Shown here piece after piece: positions 26,016-35,717 of a stretch of DNA of 64,000 nucleotides. The notes beneath the pieces are model-generated. The model was not told the DNA's origin. It saw only the letters and a list, made by a program, of their open reading frames with translations, and made no database searches. Numbering within the stretch: position 1 is the stretch's first letter; each line of letters opens with the position of its first letter. The position numbers and the translations under genes are program-made. Source of the stretch: Vulcanimicrobiota bacterium (GTDB lineage: Bacteria; Vulcanimicrobiota; Xenobia; Xenobiales; JADMJV01); assembly GCA_050250895.1 (NCBI GenBank), contig JBFWNU010000007.1, positions 320,001-384,000 on the forward strand, in the 5' to 3' direction.

Positions 26016-27250
26016 GTCATCCAGCGCAGCCGCGAAGCTTCGAGCACACGACCGACGGCCAGCACAAAGGCGGCCCGACGCAAGGAAATCTCATGCTGGG
26101 TGGCCGTCTGGCGCACGTCAGCATAGGCCTGAGTCAGAATTTGTTCGAGTCGCTGGTTGACCTGTTCGTGACTCCAGTAGTATTGCTGGCGATTCTGGAC
26201 CCACTCGAAATAGCTCACGGTCACGCCGCCGGCATTGGCCAGGATATCGGGCACCACCTCGATACCGCGGCGGGCCAGGACTTTGTCGCCTTCCGGAGTG
26301 GTAGGGGCGTTGGCGCCTTCCACTACCACCCTGGCCTGCAATTGCTCGCCGGTGTTCTCGTCGAGGACGCCTCCGATGGCGGCCGGCACGAAGAGTTCGC
26401 ATTCGACCGAGAAGAGTTGCTGGTGGCTCAGTGCCTCTGAATCGGCAAATCCCTTGACGGTCCCGGCCGTGCCCACGTGTTGGTCCAGCTTTTCCAGATC
26501 GAGGCCGTCGGGGTTGGCCACGCCGCCGTTGACGTCGCTCACCGCCACCACCTGCATGCCCTGGCCGGCCAACAGACGGGCCGCATGGCTGCCGACATTG
26601 CCATATCCCTGGACCACGACCCGGGCTCCGGAGATGCTCAAACCGAGGTCCTGACAGATGGCTCGGCCGACCAGCATGATTCCGCGTCCGGTGGCTTCTT
26701 CGCGCCCCAGGCTGCCGCCCAGGCCCACTGGTTTACCGGTGACTACGCCTGGACTGTAGCCATGTCTTTTGCTGTATTGATCCATGAACCAGGCCATCAC
26801 CTGGGCGTTGGTGTTCATGTCGGGCGCTGGAATATCACGGTCAGGTCCGATGATCGGATCGATCCGGTCGACCAGTTCGCGGGTGAGCCGCTCGATCTCG
26901 GTCTTCGACATTCTGGTGGGATCACAGGCGATGCCGCCTTTGGCGCCGCCGTAGGGGATATTGGCCACCGCTGTTTTCCAGGTCATCAGCGAGGCCAGCG
27001 CCTTGACATGGTCGTTGTCGACGCTGGGGTGGTAGCGCAAGCCACCCTTGCAGGGTCCGCGCGTGTCATCGTGCTGAATGCGAAAGCCGATGAAGGACTC
27101 CCAGTGGCCGTTGTCTCGGCGCAACGGAATCTCGACCTTCATCTCACGGAAGGGGGTTTCCAGGGTGAGGCGTTGGTCATGGCTCAGACCCAACGTGTCG
27201 GCGGCTTGAGAGAAATAGAAGTTGACTTGTTCGAAGGTTGACATGGACAT
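26012..27250 (-). CDS. gdhA: Glu/Leu/Phe/Val dehydrogenase (glutamate dehydrogenase)
   Basis: RGPCKGGLRYHP, MTWKTA, GGAKGG, DIPAPD, VTGKP..LGGSLGREEATGRG, QGYGNVG, EGANAP, PDILANAGGVTVSYFEWVQN. Confidence 0.95.
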   Translation of the reverse strand: MSMSTFEQVNFYFSQAADTLGLSHDQRLTLETPFREMKVEIPLRRDNGHWESFIGFRIQHDDTRGPCKGGLRYHPSVDNDHVKALASLMTWKTAVANIPYGGAKGGIACDPTRMSKTEIERLTRELVDRIDPIIGPDRDIPAPDMNTNAQVMAWFMDQYSKRHGYSPGVVTGKPVGLGGSLGREEATGRGIMLVGRAICQDLGLSISGARVVVQGYGNVGSHAARLLAGQGMQVVAVSDVNGGVANPDGLDLEKLDQHVGTAGTVKGFADSEALSHQQLFSVECELFVPAAIGGVLDENTGEQLQARVVVEGANAPTTPEGDKVLARRGIEVVPDILANAGGVTVSYFEWVQNRQQYYWSHEQVNQRLEQILTQAYADVRQTATQHEISLRRAAFVLAVGRVLEASRLRWMT

Positions 27251-27294
27251 GGTGGCCGCCTTCGGGATCTGCTCGGGTTGGCCTTTGGGACCGC

Positions 27295-28209
27295 CTACAG
27301 GTTGTTGGTGGTCGAGAACAGCTCGATCGCTTCCAGTTGGCCCCGCCGCAAAATGAGCTTCATTCCAGGCAGCTTCCAATGTTCGATGCCGGACTCGGTG
27401 CTCACCCCCAGGCGTCCCTCGGGATAAGTTCGCTTGACTTCGTCGAGGGAGTCGCCCAGCCGCAACTTGCGGTCGGTCATCACGTTCACTTTACGCAGCA
27501 GCACGCTGCCGATGTTAGTGGCTCGTCGCCCATCGTGCAGGCGCACTTCGATGAGGCGGCCCTCGCCCCCGGCCCAGCGCGCGAACCCGCTCGAGGGGGT
27601 CCCGCCGGCGTTCTGACGGGCGGTGGGCGGGCCGAGCAACTCGAGAGCCTCGGGCGAGAGCGGTTTGCCCAGCTCGAGCGGACCGCAACCGCGCCCCGGC
27701 GAGGCGGTCAACGGCGCAAATCTCCAGCTCTCGCGCTCGAGAGGCAACACCTGCATCTCGGCCACTTTGCCTTTTTCGACCGTGAATATCAATCCGGGAA
27801 TGCGCCAATCGGAGCCATCCTGCTGGGCCTCGGGATATTTTTGCCGGATCAGGATGGCCGGGGCGCCCAGATAGACGCCCCGCTCGGTCGAGGCTCGGAT
27901 GGCGCGGACCCGAATCGATTCGACGAGCTTGGGATCGGCGTCGCGACCGAGATGGACGAGCAGACCTCTCTGATAGCTTTGCGACCCTTGCTCGCCCCAC
28001 ATGATGACCCCGCTTCCGTCCTGGCCCTGGGTAGCCGGAATCTCTTCGGCGGTCAAACCCAGGAATTTTAGCGTGGCCTCGGGCACGGGTTGGCCGAGGG
28101 TGACCGAGCCCACCGACTGACCCGGCGTCACGGTCAACCGCAGCTTCTCCCAATCCTGGGCCTGGGCCGTGGCCACCAGGCTCAGCAGCAGGAGCAGCAG
28201 GTATCTCAA
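27295..28209 (-). CDS. secreted hypothetical protein made of two homologous halves
   Basis: TTGA overlap with the upstream stop; signal peptide MRYLLLLLLSLVATAQA; internal duplication (TPGQSVGSVTLGQPV versus SPGRGCGPLELGKPL). Confidence 0.75.
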   Translation of the reverse strand: MRYLLLLLLSLVATAQAQDWEKLRLTVTPGQSVGSVTLGQPVPEATLKFLGLTAEEIPATQGQDGSGVIMWGEQGSQSYQRGLLVHLGRDADPKLVESIRVRAIRASTERGVYLGAPAILIRQKYPEAQQDGSDWRIPGLIFTVEKGKVAEMQVLPLERESWRFAPLTASPGRGCGPLELGKPLSPEALELLGPPTARQNAGGTPSSGFARWAGGEGRLIEVRLHDGRRATNIGSVLLRKVNVMTDRKLRLGDSLDEVKRTYPEGRLGVSTESGIEHWKLPGMKLILRRGQLEAIELFSTTNNL

Positions 28210-28568
28210 GGGGCGGCGGTCTCGATCTTGAGGGCTACAGGGGGGCGTCCGGGAGCATAGACGACGCGCACATGCGAACCTACCGCCGGGGCCGTGAGCT
28301 GGCCCAGCAGAAACGGTTGATTTACCTGTTGGGTCTTGATATAGAAGCGGTCGTAGCTGGTGGCGCTGACCTCGCCGATGACAATCTTGCCCTGGGCCAG
28401 CAGCGCGCCATCGTTCTGGGACTCTTCCACCGTATAGACCGGCTTCATACGGTAGGGCTCGATGACGCCCTTCTTGATGAGATAGATGTGAAGGCCGGCG
28501 CTCAGCACGCAGATCATGCAAAAGCCGATGGCCATGCGCTTGAAGTTTTCGCGGTCAGCTCTGTTCAT
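28206..28568 (-). CDS. hypothetical single-pass membrane protein (possible OB-like domain)
   Basis: One TM helix followed by a beta-rich domain; overlaps both neighbours in operon fashion. Confidence 0.7.
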   Translation of the reverse strand: MNRADRENFKRMAIGFCMICVLSAGLHIYLIKKGVIEPYRMKPVYTVEESQNDGALLAQGKIVIGEVSATSYDRFYIKTQQVNQPFLLGQLTAPAVGSHVRVVYAPGRPPVALKIETAAP

Positions 28569-29655
28569 TGAATTCTACTTTCCCGGATGCCGCGCGCTTC
28601 ATACCCAATTGAGTCAAGAAGCTTTCCAGGGCATAAGCACACAGACGGCTCGATGGTCCGCCCGGGACCAGGTCACCGCCGTGGTTCATCCACGGTAGTT
28701 CAACCTGCAGGTAGGGTGTGGGTTGCTGGGCCAATCGGGCCGCCAGCCTATCGGCGTTGGCCGGCCAAACCAAATCGTCGCGTAGGCCGTGCACGATCAG
28801 GGTGGGAGGGGTGTCGGGCCCAGCCAGATAGACCGGAGAGGCTGCCTGGTAGCGCTCGGGCTTGAGTCCCGGCGGCCCCCCCATATAGTTGCTGATCACC
28901 GTTCTCGAGTCATAGGCAGCTGGATTGCTGGGGTGGTCATAGTCCCAGAGCAGGTCGGTAGGGGCGTAGATCGCCATGACCCCCGCCACCAGGGTAGGGT
29001 TTCGATAGGCGGCGCACAGAGCCAGATGCCCACCCGCCGAGCGCCCGACCAGCACCACCGGCCGCTCTTTGGCTAGCTCGCGAAGCAGTCTTTCTACGTC
29101 TTCGAGGCCGGCCGGGTGGGGGTGGGCCGGGGCCAACCGATAGTCGACGGCCACCACCTTCCAGCCCTGGGAGGCCAGGTAGGCGTCCAGGCGTTTGCTT
29201 TCACGTCGGGTCCCCCCCCGCCAACCGCCGGAATGCACCTCCAGGACCGTCACCGGCTGGGGAGGTGTAGGAGGCAGATAAGTGGTGGTGTTGTCGCGGT
29301 CGATGATCTGGCAGTCGGGTGCCCAGGGCAGGCCGCGGAGCGGGTGACGCACCGCGGGGTTGCCTCCGAAAGCCTGCTGCAAACGGGCCGGAAGCTGGTT
29401 GGCCACCAGCAGTGCCGCGCCCCAGGGCCAGAGCGCCAGAACCATGATCAAGAGCGCCAAGATTCGCGTGGGCACGAGACTGCGCCCCACTAAAAGAGGA
29501 ATCGCGGCCACTGCAACATAAAAGCCTAGCTCAGGTGCGCCCACCGTGGCGTACCACAGGTAGGGAATTGGGCATCCGATCCAGGTGAAGCCAGCTAGTG
29601 CCAAGAGAATGACTCCGATAACCAATTTGGCTTTCTCTCTGCCAGACAGTTCCAC
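28555..29655 (-). CDS. membrane-anchored alpha/beta hydrolase (HSL-like esterase)
   Basis: HSGGW oxyanion motif, DYRLAP, GRSAGGH nucleophile elbow, HGLRDDLV, NHG; N-terminal TM helices. Confidence 0.9.
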   Translation of the reverse strand: MELSGREKAKLVIGVILLALAGFTWIGCPIPYLWYATVGAPELGFYVAVAAIPLLVGRSLVPTRILALLIMVLALWPWGAALLVANQLPARLQQAFGGNPAVRHPLRGLPWAPDCQIIDRDNTTTYLPPTPPQPVTVLEVHSGGWRGGTRRESKRLDAYLASQGWKVVAVDYRLAPAHPHPAGLEDVERLLRELAKERPVVLVGRSAGGHLALCAAYRNPTLVAGVMAIYAPTDLLWDYDHPSNPAAYDSRTVISNYMGGPPGLKPERYQAASPVYLAGPDTPPTLIVHGLRDDLVWPANADRLAARLAQQPTPYLQVELPWMNHGGDLVPGGPSSRLCAYALESFLTQLGMKRAASGKVEFNEQS

Positions 29656-29740
29656 TGGCGCGGGCTTCAAGCCGCTCAGGTTTGAATCCCTTCGGGCCGT
29701 GGAACAAAAACCGTTATAGAAAATTGCGAAAGGTCGCACC

Positions 29741-30874
29741 ATGAAAGTCATCCACGAAGAGAATCAATACGGCCTGCGGCGTGGCGCGGTCGAGTTCCCG
29801 ATGATGCTGGTGATCTCCACCGTTTACCCCTGCAACTTCGGTTGCCCCATGTGCCCCTATACTGATGGAAACTCCGAGATTCGAAGTTTCTACCGCGAAC
29901 GTGGCGGCGACCGTTTTCCGGTGGAATTATGGAATCGCATCGCCGAAGAGGCCGGCCCCTATGGCGCCTGGCTGCGTTGCACCGGGGGCGGTGAACCGAT
30001 GCTCCACCCCAAGATGACCGAGATGATCGAGTTCGCCAAAGAGAAAGGGGCTCGCGTCTGGCTTAACACCAACGGCAGCCTGTTTGGTCCGTTGCCCAAA
30101 TATCGGGCTCGTCTCGAGCGCTTGATCAAAGCCGGAATCGATTTGATCGAGTTTTCCATGGATGCTGGCGAGCCCGACACTTACGCTCAGGTTCGTCCGC
30201 CTCGGGGCGGGCCGCCGCGCGATGCCCAGAAGTGGTTCGATAACCACGTCAGCAACATTCGGGCGGCCCTCGAACTGCGCAAGCAGTACAAGTCGCCCAC
30301 TCGGGTGGTGGTCTCGATGATCCGGCAGGACATCATCGAAGGCAAGCTCGATGAATACATCAAGTTTTATCTCGAAGATGTCGGTGTAGACGATGTCATT
30401 ACTCGCAAGTTCCTCAGTTGGGACGACAACACCAACATCGACCTCGGCCATGCCATGGACAAACATCTCTACGCCGAGCTGCCCACCGCGAAGAAAGAAC
30501 CTTGCGTGTGGCCCTTCGAGCGCATGAATGTCGATACGCTCGGTCGAGTCGCACTCTGTGGCCAGGACGTTTCTTTTCGCACCGCCGACAAGTTTCCCAA
30601 CCTCTGGGACCACTCCGTCAAGGACGTGTGGCAGGGCGAGATGTTCAACTGGTATCGCCAGATGCATCTCGAAGGCCGAGGTGCCGAAGCCTGGCCATGT
30701 CGCAACTGTTCGGCCTGGTTCGCGGGCGTGCGCGACTGGGAACACGGCTGGCTGAAGGTGCTCAAGACCTCGGGCGATCGGATGAAACAGGTGCTCGGCG
30801 AGGACCTGGGGGCCGAAGTCGAGATTTATCAGCCCGACAATGACGCCCAAATTGTAACAAGCTCTGACAGCTGA
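29741..30874 (+). CDS. radical SAM protein with SPASM/Twitch domain
   Basis: CNFGCPMC (CxxxCxxC), GGGEPMLHP, NTNG; C-terminal CVWPF...G.V.LC..D...CRNC. Confidence 0.92.
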   Translation: MKVIHEENQYGLRRGAVEFPMMLVISTVYPCNFGCPMCPYTDGNSEIRSFYRERGGDRFPVELWNRIAEEAGPYGAWLRCTGGGEPMLHPKMTEMIEFAKEKGARVWLNTNGSLFGPLPKYRARLERLIKAGIDLIEFSMDAGEPDTYAQVRPPRGGPPRDAQKWFDNHVSNIRAALELRKQYKSPTRVVVSMIRQDIIEGKLDEYIKFYLEDVGVDDVITRKFLSWDDNTNIDLGHAMDKHLYAELPTAKKEPCVWPFERMNVDTLGRVALCGQDVSFRTADKFPNLWDHSVKDVWQGEMFNWYRQMHLEGRGAEAWPCRNCSAWFAGVRDWEHGWLKVLKTSGDRMKQVLGEDLGAEVEIYQPDNDAQIVTSSDS

Positions 30875-30908
30875 GGGAGAAAGCTGGCCCTTCGCGAAAT
30901 GATTCGCG

Positions 30909-33900
30909 ATGGATTCGGGCCTAGACCATCTCCTGCGCGAACTCACCGACGCCGGAACCGTGGATTCGGGCGGCGTGTTCACTATCGATCTGACCGAAGC
31001 GCTGGCCAAGATGCGGCGCTATCAGCTCGAGGGTCGTAACGCCTACTTGCAGGCACTGGTAGCTGCTGCCGTCCTGGGGAGAGCTTCCCGTTTCAGCCTT
31101 GAGCAGACGGGTAGCTCGCTGGTGATTTCTTTTGACGGTGATACCATCCCCGGCAGCCAGCTACAAACCGTTTTCAGCTATCTGCTCATCTCGGAGCCGG
31201 TCTCACGCATGCGAGAACTGGCGGTGGCTCTCAACAGCTTGCTGGGGGGTGAATACGAAAGGCTGCTGGTGCAGGCCTGGGCCGGTCTGGAGGGGGCTCA
31301 ACTCGAGGTCGAGGGCTCCGAGATTCGGGCCCACAAGCTAACGGCGTGTCCCTGGTCGCCGGAAGAGAGCATCAACCGCATCACCCTGGTCCGTCGCCGC
31401 ACCCTGGGCGGGATGCTCAAGCCGCTGGCCACAGAACGCGAGTTTCTAGCCGGCAAATGCTCGCTGGCACCACTGGAGCTCACTACCGGGGGCGCACCCG
31501 TCCCCAGGGCCGCGCTTTTTCCCAATAACTGTTTGGCCCTGGCCGGGTTGGTGAACCGCGATTTTCCGCTGGGCCTGGAGTTGCCCAAAGTAGTGGCTCG
31601 CTCGGCCGGTCCTTCCCCCGGCGACTTTACTGCGTTGATCGCCCTCACCTCGAAGTTGACACCGCAGGCCCAGATGCACTTCGTGGTCTCGGGGGTGACT
31701 TTTGAACGGGTCGTGGGTTTCGACTTGCCCGGGGTGGTGGCCGTCATCGCCACGGATCGGCTCGAAAAGAACTTCAGTCAGACCGACCTGGTATCGGGCA
31801 CCGAGTTTCATCGCATGATCAGCCAGCTCGGATTTGAAGGCATCAAGCTGACGGCCGTGCTGGCCCAGAAGTTCAATCAGCTCTCGGCCGCCGAGCAGAC
31901 CCCTGCCACCAAGCTGATCCTCAAAGCCATGGCGGCCGCCCTGACGGCCGACAGCTGGGGACCGGGCTTTCCCACCGAACTGGCTGGGCTGGTCGATGCT
32001 CCGCTTTTCTTCTCGGCTGCGGGCAACCCCGTTTCCTTGCGTCCTTTCCTGCAACAGTATCGCCTGCACGGTCGCTTGCTCTATGTGCGCAAGACCCAGG
32101 CCGTCGACAAGGTCGGCGACGAGACCGTCATCTTGATGGACCCCGAAACCGGCCCCGTGCTCGAGGCGGTCTTTCCCCGACGCGAAGACTATCAGCAACA
32201 GCTACTCGAGCAGGCCGAATCCAGCCGCTCTGTTGCTCGGCCTCCGGCCGAGGTGCTCGAGCCGGTCAAACTCTCGAAACTCAAGGGTTTCATCAGCGAG
32301 AATCCTGACGGAGCCTTCGCGCCGGCCCGGCTGTGCCTCCGTCGCGATCCGCGCACGGTGGTCGGCCAGAAAGAGCCAGGCTTGCCCGACGGCTTGCTGG
32401 TCGAGGTGTGGTGTCGCGAGGTGGATCCCTCGTATCCCCTCGACGAGCCTCCCAACCGCCAATACTACGAACCGATCCTGGCCAGGGTGCGGGCCGAGCT
32501 ACCTCGCTTCTACAAGAATCTGACCGACGTGTCTCCGTCCGCCTGGGAAAAGAGCGACAGTCCCGCCCGCCATCATCTGTTGAACCTGTTGGCCTGGCTT
32601 GGGCCTTACGACGGAGAGCCTCCCAAGATCGGCATGCTGGTGCACATCGAGACTTTGCGCACGGTCCAGGGCGGCATGCTGAGCTTGTCGGATCTGCTCA
32701 AAGACTATGACAAGCGCCGCTTCGTGGGGGTCATCTCTTCTAGTCTGCCCATGGGCGACCTCCGAGGCGGCGACCTGCCAACGCCCCTGACGCTCTCGGT
32801 GAACGCTCAGGAGCAGGCCTGTCTCGAGAAGGTCTTTGGCGAGTATGGACTCCACCACTATGACGATTTGCTCAAGTTTCGCAAGGCTCGTCCCGAATTC
32901 TTTACCCGCACCTTGACCGATCCCGTGCTGGCCGATGACATGGTTTGGCGAGTTTCTTTCGAAGATCGCGACATCCAGGGGGAGGTAGGCTATTCGCTGG
33001 CGGCCACCGACCCGCGCCTGAGGGCCCGCCTGCTGGTCTATGGACGCTTGATGGAGGAGTGGGACCATGAACTTGGCTTCGGGCCGGTGGTAGCGGTGGT
33101 CGCCTGCCCTCGCTTGCGCCCCAACTCGCGCTGGAATGGCGTGGCTCAAGACAAGGTCTTTGCCGAGGTTCGCGACGCTTTGCTCGAACACGCCCGGCGC
33201 CTGGTCTTCTCGATGGAAGCCGAACTGGTGGATCCGTTTGCGCCTAACCATCTGCGCGCCAGACGCTTCGCGTGGTCCCAGATGGTGTGGGAGTTGCGTC
33301 GCTTTCACGAGGACGTCGAGAAATACGCGACCGAAGAAACCTTTCGACGCTTTTGCAGATTGCCGCTGCTGTTTGACCTGTGGGGCGAGCCCAGGTGTCT
33401 GGAAGAATTGATGCCCGAGACCCGCACGGTGCGGACGGTAGGTTACCTCAGCGGACCGGTGGACCGACCTAAAGACCCCGAGACCATCGTGTTGAAAGTC
33501 GAGCCCGACGAGCTGCGCAGCTTGAGGACGGCCTTCAAACTGCTCGACATTCCACCCCTTGACCTGGCCCTTGCCCTGGGCCAACAGGAGCGTCGCGAGG
33601 CTCGCCTGGGAGAGGGAGTCTACCTGCATCAGGGTAGTACCGCGCCCCTGGAAGGAGAGGTCGCCCTCTTAGGGGGGAAGGGGCCTTCGCGAGTGACCAT
33701 TCTCTGCGATCATCGTCTGCTCCGTGAGCATACCCTCGAGAGCCCCTTTCCGTTCGAGGCCGTGCTCAACCATGACGGGGCCGCCACCTCGTTGCGGGTT
33801 CAGGAAGCTACCATCGAGCAAGCCCGCCTCAGCGCCGAAAGGTTGGTGCTAGAGCTGATTGACCGTCAGCAGCATCGTCTCTATCTGCTCGAGTTACTGT

Positions 33901-34934
33901 CGCGACTAACGCCCGGTCCGCTCTGGGAGCGGTTACGCTCGGCTCCCCTGGTGCGCGATCTGGTCTCCTGGGGCCTGGTAGCAGTCGAACGACTGGAGCC
34001 GCCGGTGGTCTTTTTGCCCAACAGCAGTCTTGAGCCCAACCAGGCGCGGGCCGCTCAGAAAGTGGCCGCCCAGCGAGGTGTCCCGGTCTTGCCGGTGCTC
34101 GACGAATCGGAACAGAAGCTGCTCTTTCACCTGCTCGACGAACTGCAGCCACTGGGACGCGATTTTCTCACCAGCGTGCAGGCTCTTCACAATCAGCAGG
34201 GCCAGCGGCGCACCTCGTTTCGGCTTGAGGATGTCTATCCTGGTAAACTGTGGCTGGGCAGGGTGCCTTTTACCGGCGACCGGCTCTTGGGCGAGCTGGG
34301 TCTGCCGCTCGACGAAGGGCCAGGGGAGCTCTCGGTCAGTGTCGAGGGGTTGCCAATTGCTAATCTCGAGCTGGGCGAGCCCGGTCTCTTTGGGGTCATC
34401 GATGGTCCCTTTCCGGTTCGTCCTGATTGGTCAGGGCTGCTCGATGAGGAGGCGGTCCGGTACCAGCTGGTGGAGGCTCAACGGCAACTGGCTAAGTATT
34501 TCTCTCACTCGCTACCGCTGGCTCCCAAGAGTCGCTCGCGAGCCTTGCGGGCCCTCACCGCCCTGCGTGGCACCGAGCCGGCTCCCATCGCCCCGGTGCG
34601 GGTCGAGGCCATTCCTGACTATGAGGTCGGGTCGAGACTTACTCAAGATCAGGCCGCCCGCCTGCTAACGACCCTGCGGCCCAGCCTGGCCCACCTGGCC
34701 GGAAAGGGCGCCCTGGTGCTCGCCCCCCTGGGAAGCCGCGGCGCCCTCTATGCGCAACGGCCCGACGGCCTGGCCCTCAACAGCGACCACCCGCTCCTGC
34801 CCCAGATCTTTCGCCACCCCAGGGGCGAGAAGTTAGGCCTGCAGTTGCTCGCTTTGTTGTTGGCCGGGGCTGTCGAGCAGGGCTCGGCCCGCGAGGCTCA
34901 CCGCCAGCTACTCAACCGTCTGGGCGTAGGCTGA
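30909..34934 (+). CDS. large degenerate Hsp90-like protein with repeated internal modules
   Basis: N-terminus paralogous to 24259..25464; repeated beta-alpha modules; C-terminal LNSDHPL resembling the Hsp90 INPDHP motif. Confidence 0.7.
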   Translation: MDSGLDHLLRELTDAGTVDSGGVFTIDLTEALAKMRRYQLEGRNAYLQALVAAAVLGRASRFSLEQTGSSLVISFDGDTIPGSQLQTVFSYLLISEPVSRMRELAVALNSLLGGEYERLLVQAWAGLEGAQLEVEGSEIRAHKLTACPWSPEESINRITLVRRRTLGGMLKPLATEREFLAGKCSLAPLELTTGGAPVPRAALFPNNCLALAGLVNRDFPLGLELPKVVARSAGPSPGDFTALIALTSKLTPQAQMHFVVSGVTFERVVGFDLPGVVAVIATDRLEKNFSQTDLVSGTEFHRMISQLGFEGIKLTAVLAQKFNQLSAAEQTPATKLILKAMAAALTADSWGPGFPTELAGLVDAPLFFSAAGNPVSLRPFLQQYRLHGRLLYVRKTQAVDKVGDETVILMDPETGPVLEAVFPRREDYQQQLLEQAESSRSVARPPAEVLEPVKLSKLKGFISENPDGAFAPARLCLRRDPRTVVGQKEPGLPDGLLVEVWCREVDPSYPLDEPPNRQYYEPILARVRAELPRFYKNLTDVSPSAWEKSDSPARHHLLNLLAWLGPYDGEPPKIGMLVHIETLRTVQGGMLSLSDLLKDYDKRRFVGVISSSLPMGDLRGGDLPTPLTLSVNAQEQACLEKVFGEYGLHHYDDLLKFRKARPEFFTRTLTDPVLADDMVWRVSFEDRDIQGEVGYSLAATDPRLRARLLVYGRLMEEWDHELGFGPVVAVVACPRLRPNSRWNGVAQDKVFAEVRDALLEHARRLVFSMEAELVDPFAPNHLRARRFAWSQMVWELRRFHEDVEKYATEETFRRFCRLPLLFDLWGEPRCLEELMPETRTVRTVGYLSGPVDRPKDPETIVLKVEPDELRSLRTAFKLLDIPPLDLALALGQQERREARLGEGVYLHQGSTAPLEGEVALLGGKGPSRVTILCDHRLLREHTLESPFPFEAVLNHDGAATSLRVQEATIEQARLSAERLVLELIDRQQHRLYLLELLSRLTPGPLWERLRSAPLVRDLVSWGLVAVERLEPPVVFLPNSSLEPNQARAAQKVAAQRGVPVLPVLDESEQKLLFHLLDELQPLGRDFLTSVQALHNQQGQRRTSFRLEDVYPGKLWLGRVPFTGDRLLGELGLPLDEGPGELSVSVEGLPIANLELGEPGLFGVIDGPFPVRPDWSGLLDEEAVRYQLVEAQRQLAKYFSHSLPLAPKSRSRALRALTALRGTEPAPIAPVRVEAIPDYEVGSRLTQDQAARLLTTLRPSLAHLAGKGALVLAPLGSRGALYAQRPDGLALNSDHPLLPQIFRHPRGEKLGLQLLALLLAGAVEQGSAREAHRQLLNRLGVG

Positions 34935-34980
34935 TTCAGACCCGGCAGGAACCGGCCGGGCCTGGCCCAATATCGTGGTG

Positions 34981-35676
34981 ATGCGAATCTTTTTCTGGTT
35001 CTTAATGCTTTCTAGCCTGGCCTGGGCGGGGCCGGTGCCTGACGACTGCCGGCAGCTGGTGCTGGTGGTCAGCCAGGATTGGCAGGCCACCACCGGCCAG
35101 CTGACCGTCTACCAGCGTACCGAGCACGGTTGGCAGGCGCAGTCCAAGCCGTGGGAGATCAGTCTAGGACGAACCGGGTTGGCCTGGGGACTTGGTTTGC
35201 ATACCAACCCCCACCCGGCCGTTCTCAAACGGGAGGGTGACGGAAAATCGCCAGCCGGCGCTTTTGCCTTGACCCACGTGTTCGGCTACAAAGACCCCGG
35301 CAACGCCGACGGCTTGCCCTTTCTGGCGGTGGATGATCGCGAGTGCATCGACGACCCGAAGTCGGACCATTACAACCAGATTGTGTCGGCCCGCGAAGTG
35401 GCTCGCGACTGGAACAGCTCCGAGATCATGAAGATCGACATCTATCGCCTGGGTCTGGTGGTGGCGCACAACTCCGAGCATCGACCGGGGGCCGGCTCCT
35501 GCATCTTCCTCCACCGCTGGAGCAAGCCGGAGGGCACCACCGCCGGCTGTACTGCCATGCCTGCCGAACGTTTGACCTGGCTTTGCCAGTGGCTGCGGGG
35601 CGACGACCATCCCGTGCTGGTGCAATTGCCGGCCGATGCCTACAAGTCACTGCGAGAAGAGTGGCAGCTACCATGA
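34981..35676 (+). CDS. secreted L,D-transpeptidase (YkuD-like) family protein
   Basis: Signal peptide; KREGDGKSPAG; GSCIFLH...TAGC catalytic His/Cys. Confidence 0.88.
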   Translation: MRIFFWFLMLSSLAWAGPVPDDCRQLVLVVSQDWQATTGQLTVYQRTEHGWQAQSKPWEISLGRTGLAWGLGLHTNPHPAVLKREGDGKSPAGAFALTHVFGYKDPGNADGLPFLAVDDRECIDDPKSDHYNQIVSAREVARDWNSSEIMKIDIYRLGLVVAHNSEHRPGAGSCIFLHRWSKPEGTTAGCTAMPAERLTWLCQWLRGDDHPVLVQLPADAYKSLREEWQLP

Positions 35677-35717
35677 GTTTTCACATAATTTTCAGCAGCC
35701 TTTGATTTGATGACCCT

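Noticed and set aside
30852-30871. Pho-box-like repeat (CTGTCA-N5-TGTTAC on the minus strand)
   Set aside because: It lies inside the radical SAM coding end and no phosphate-related gene is adjacent.
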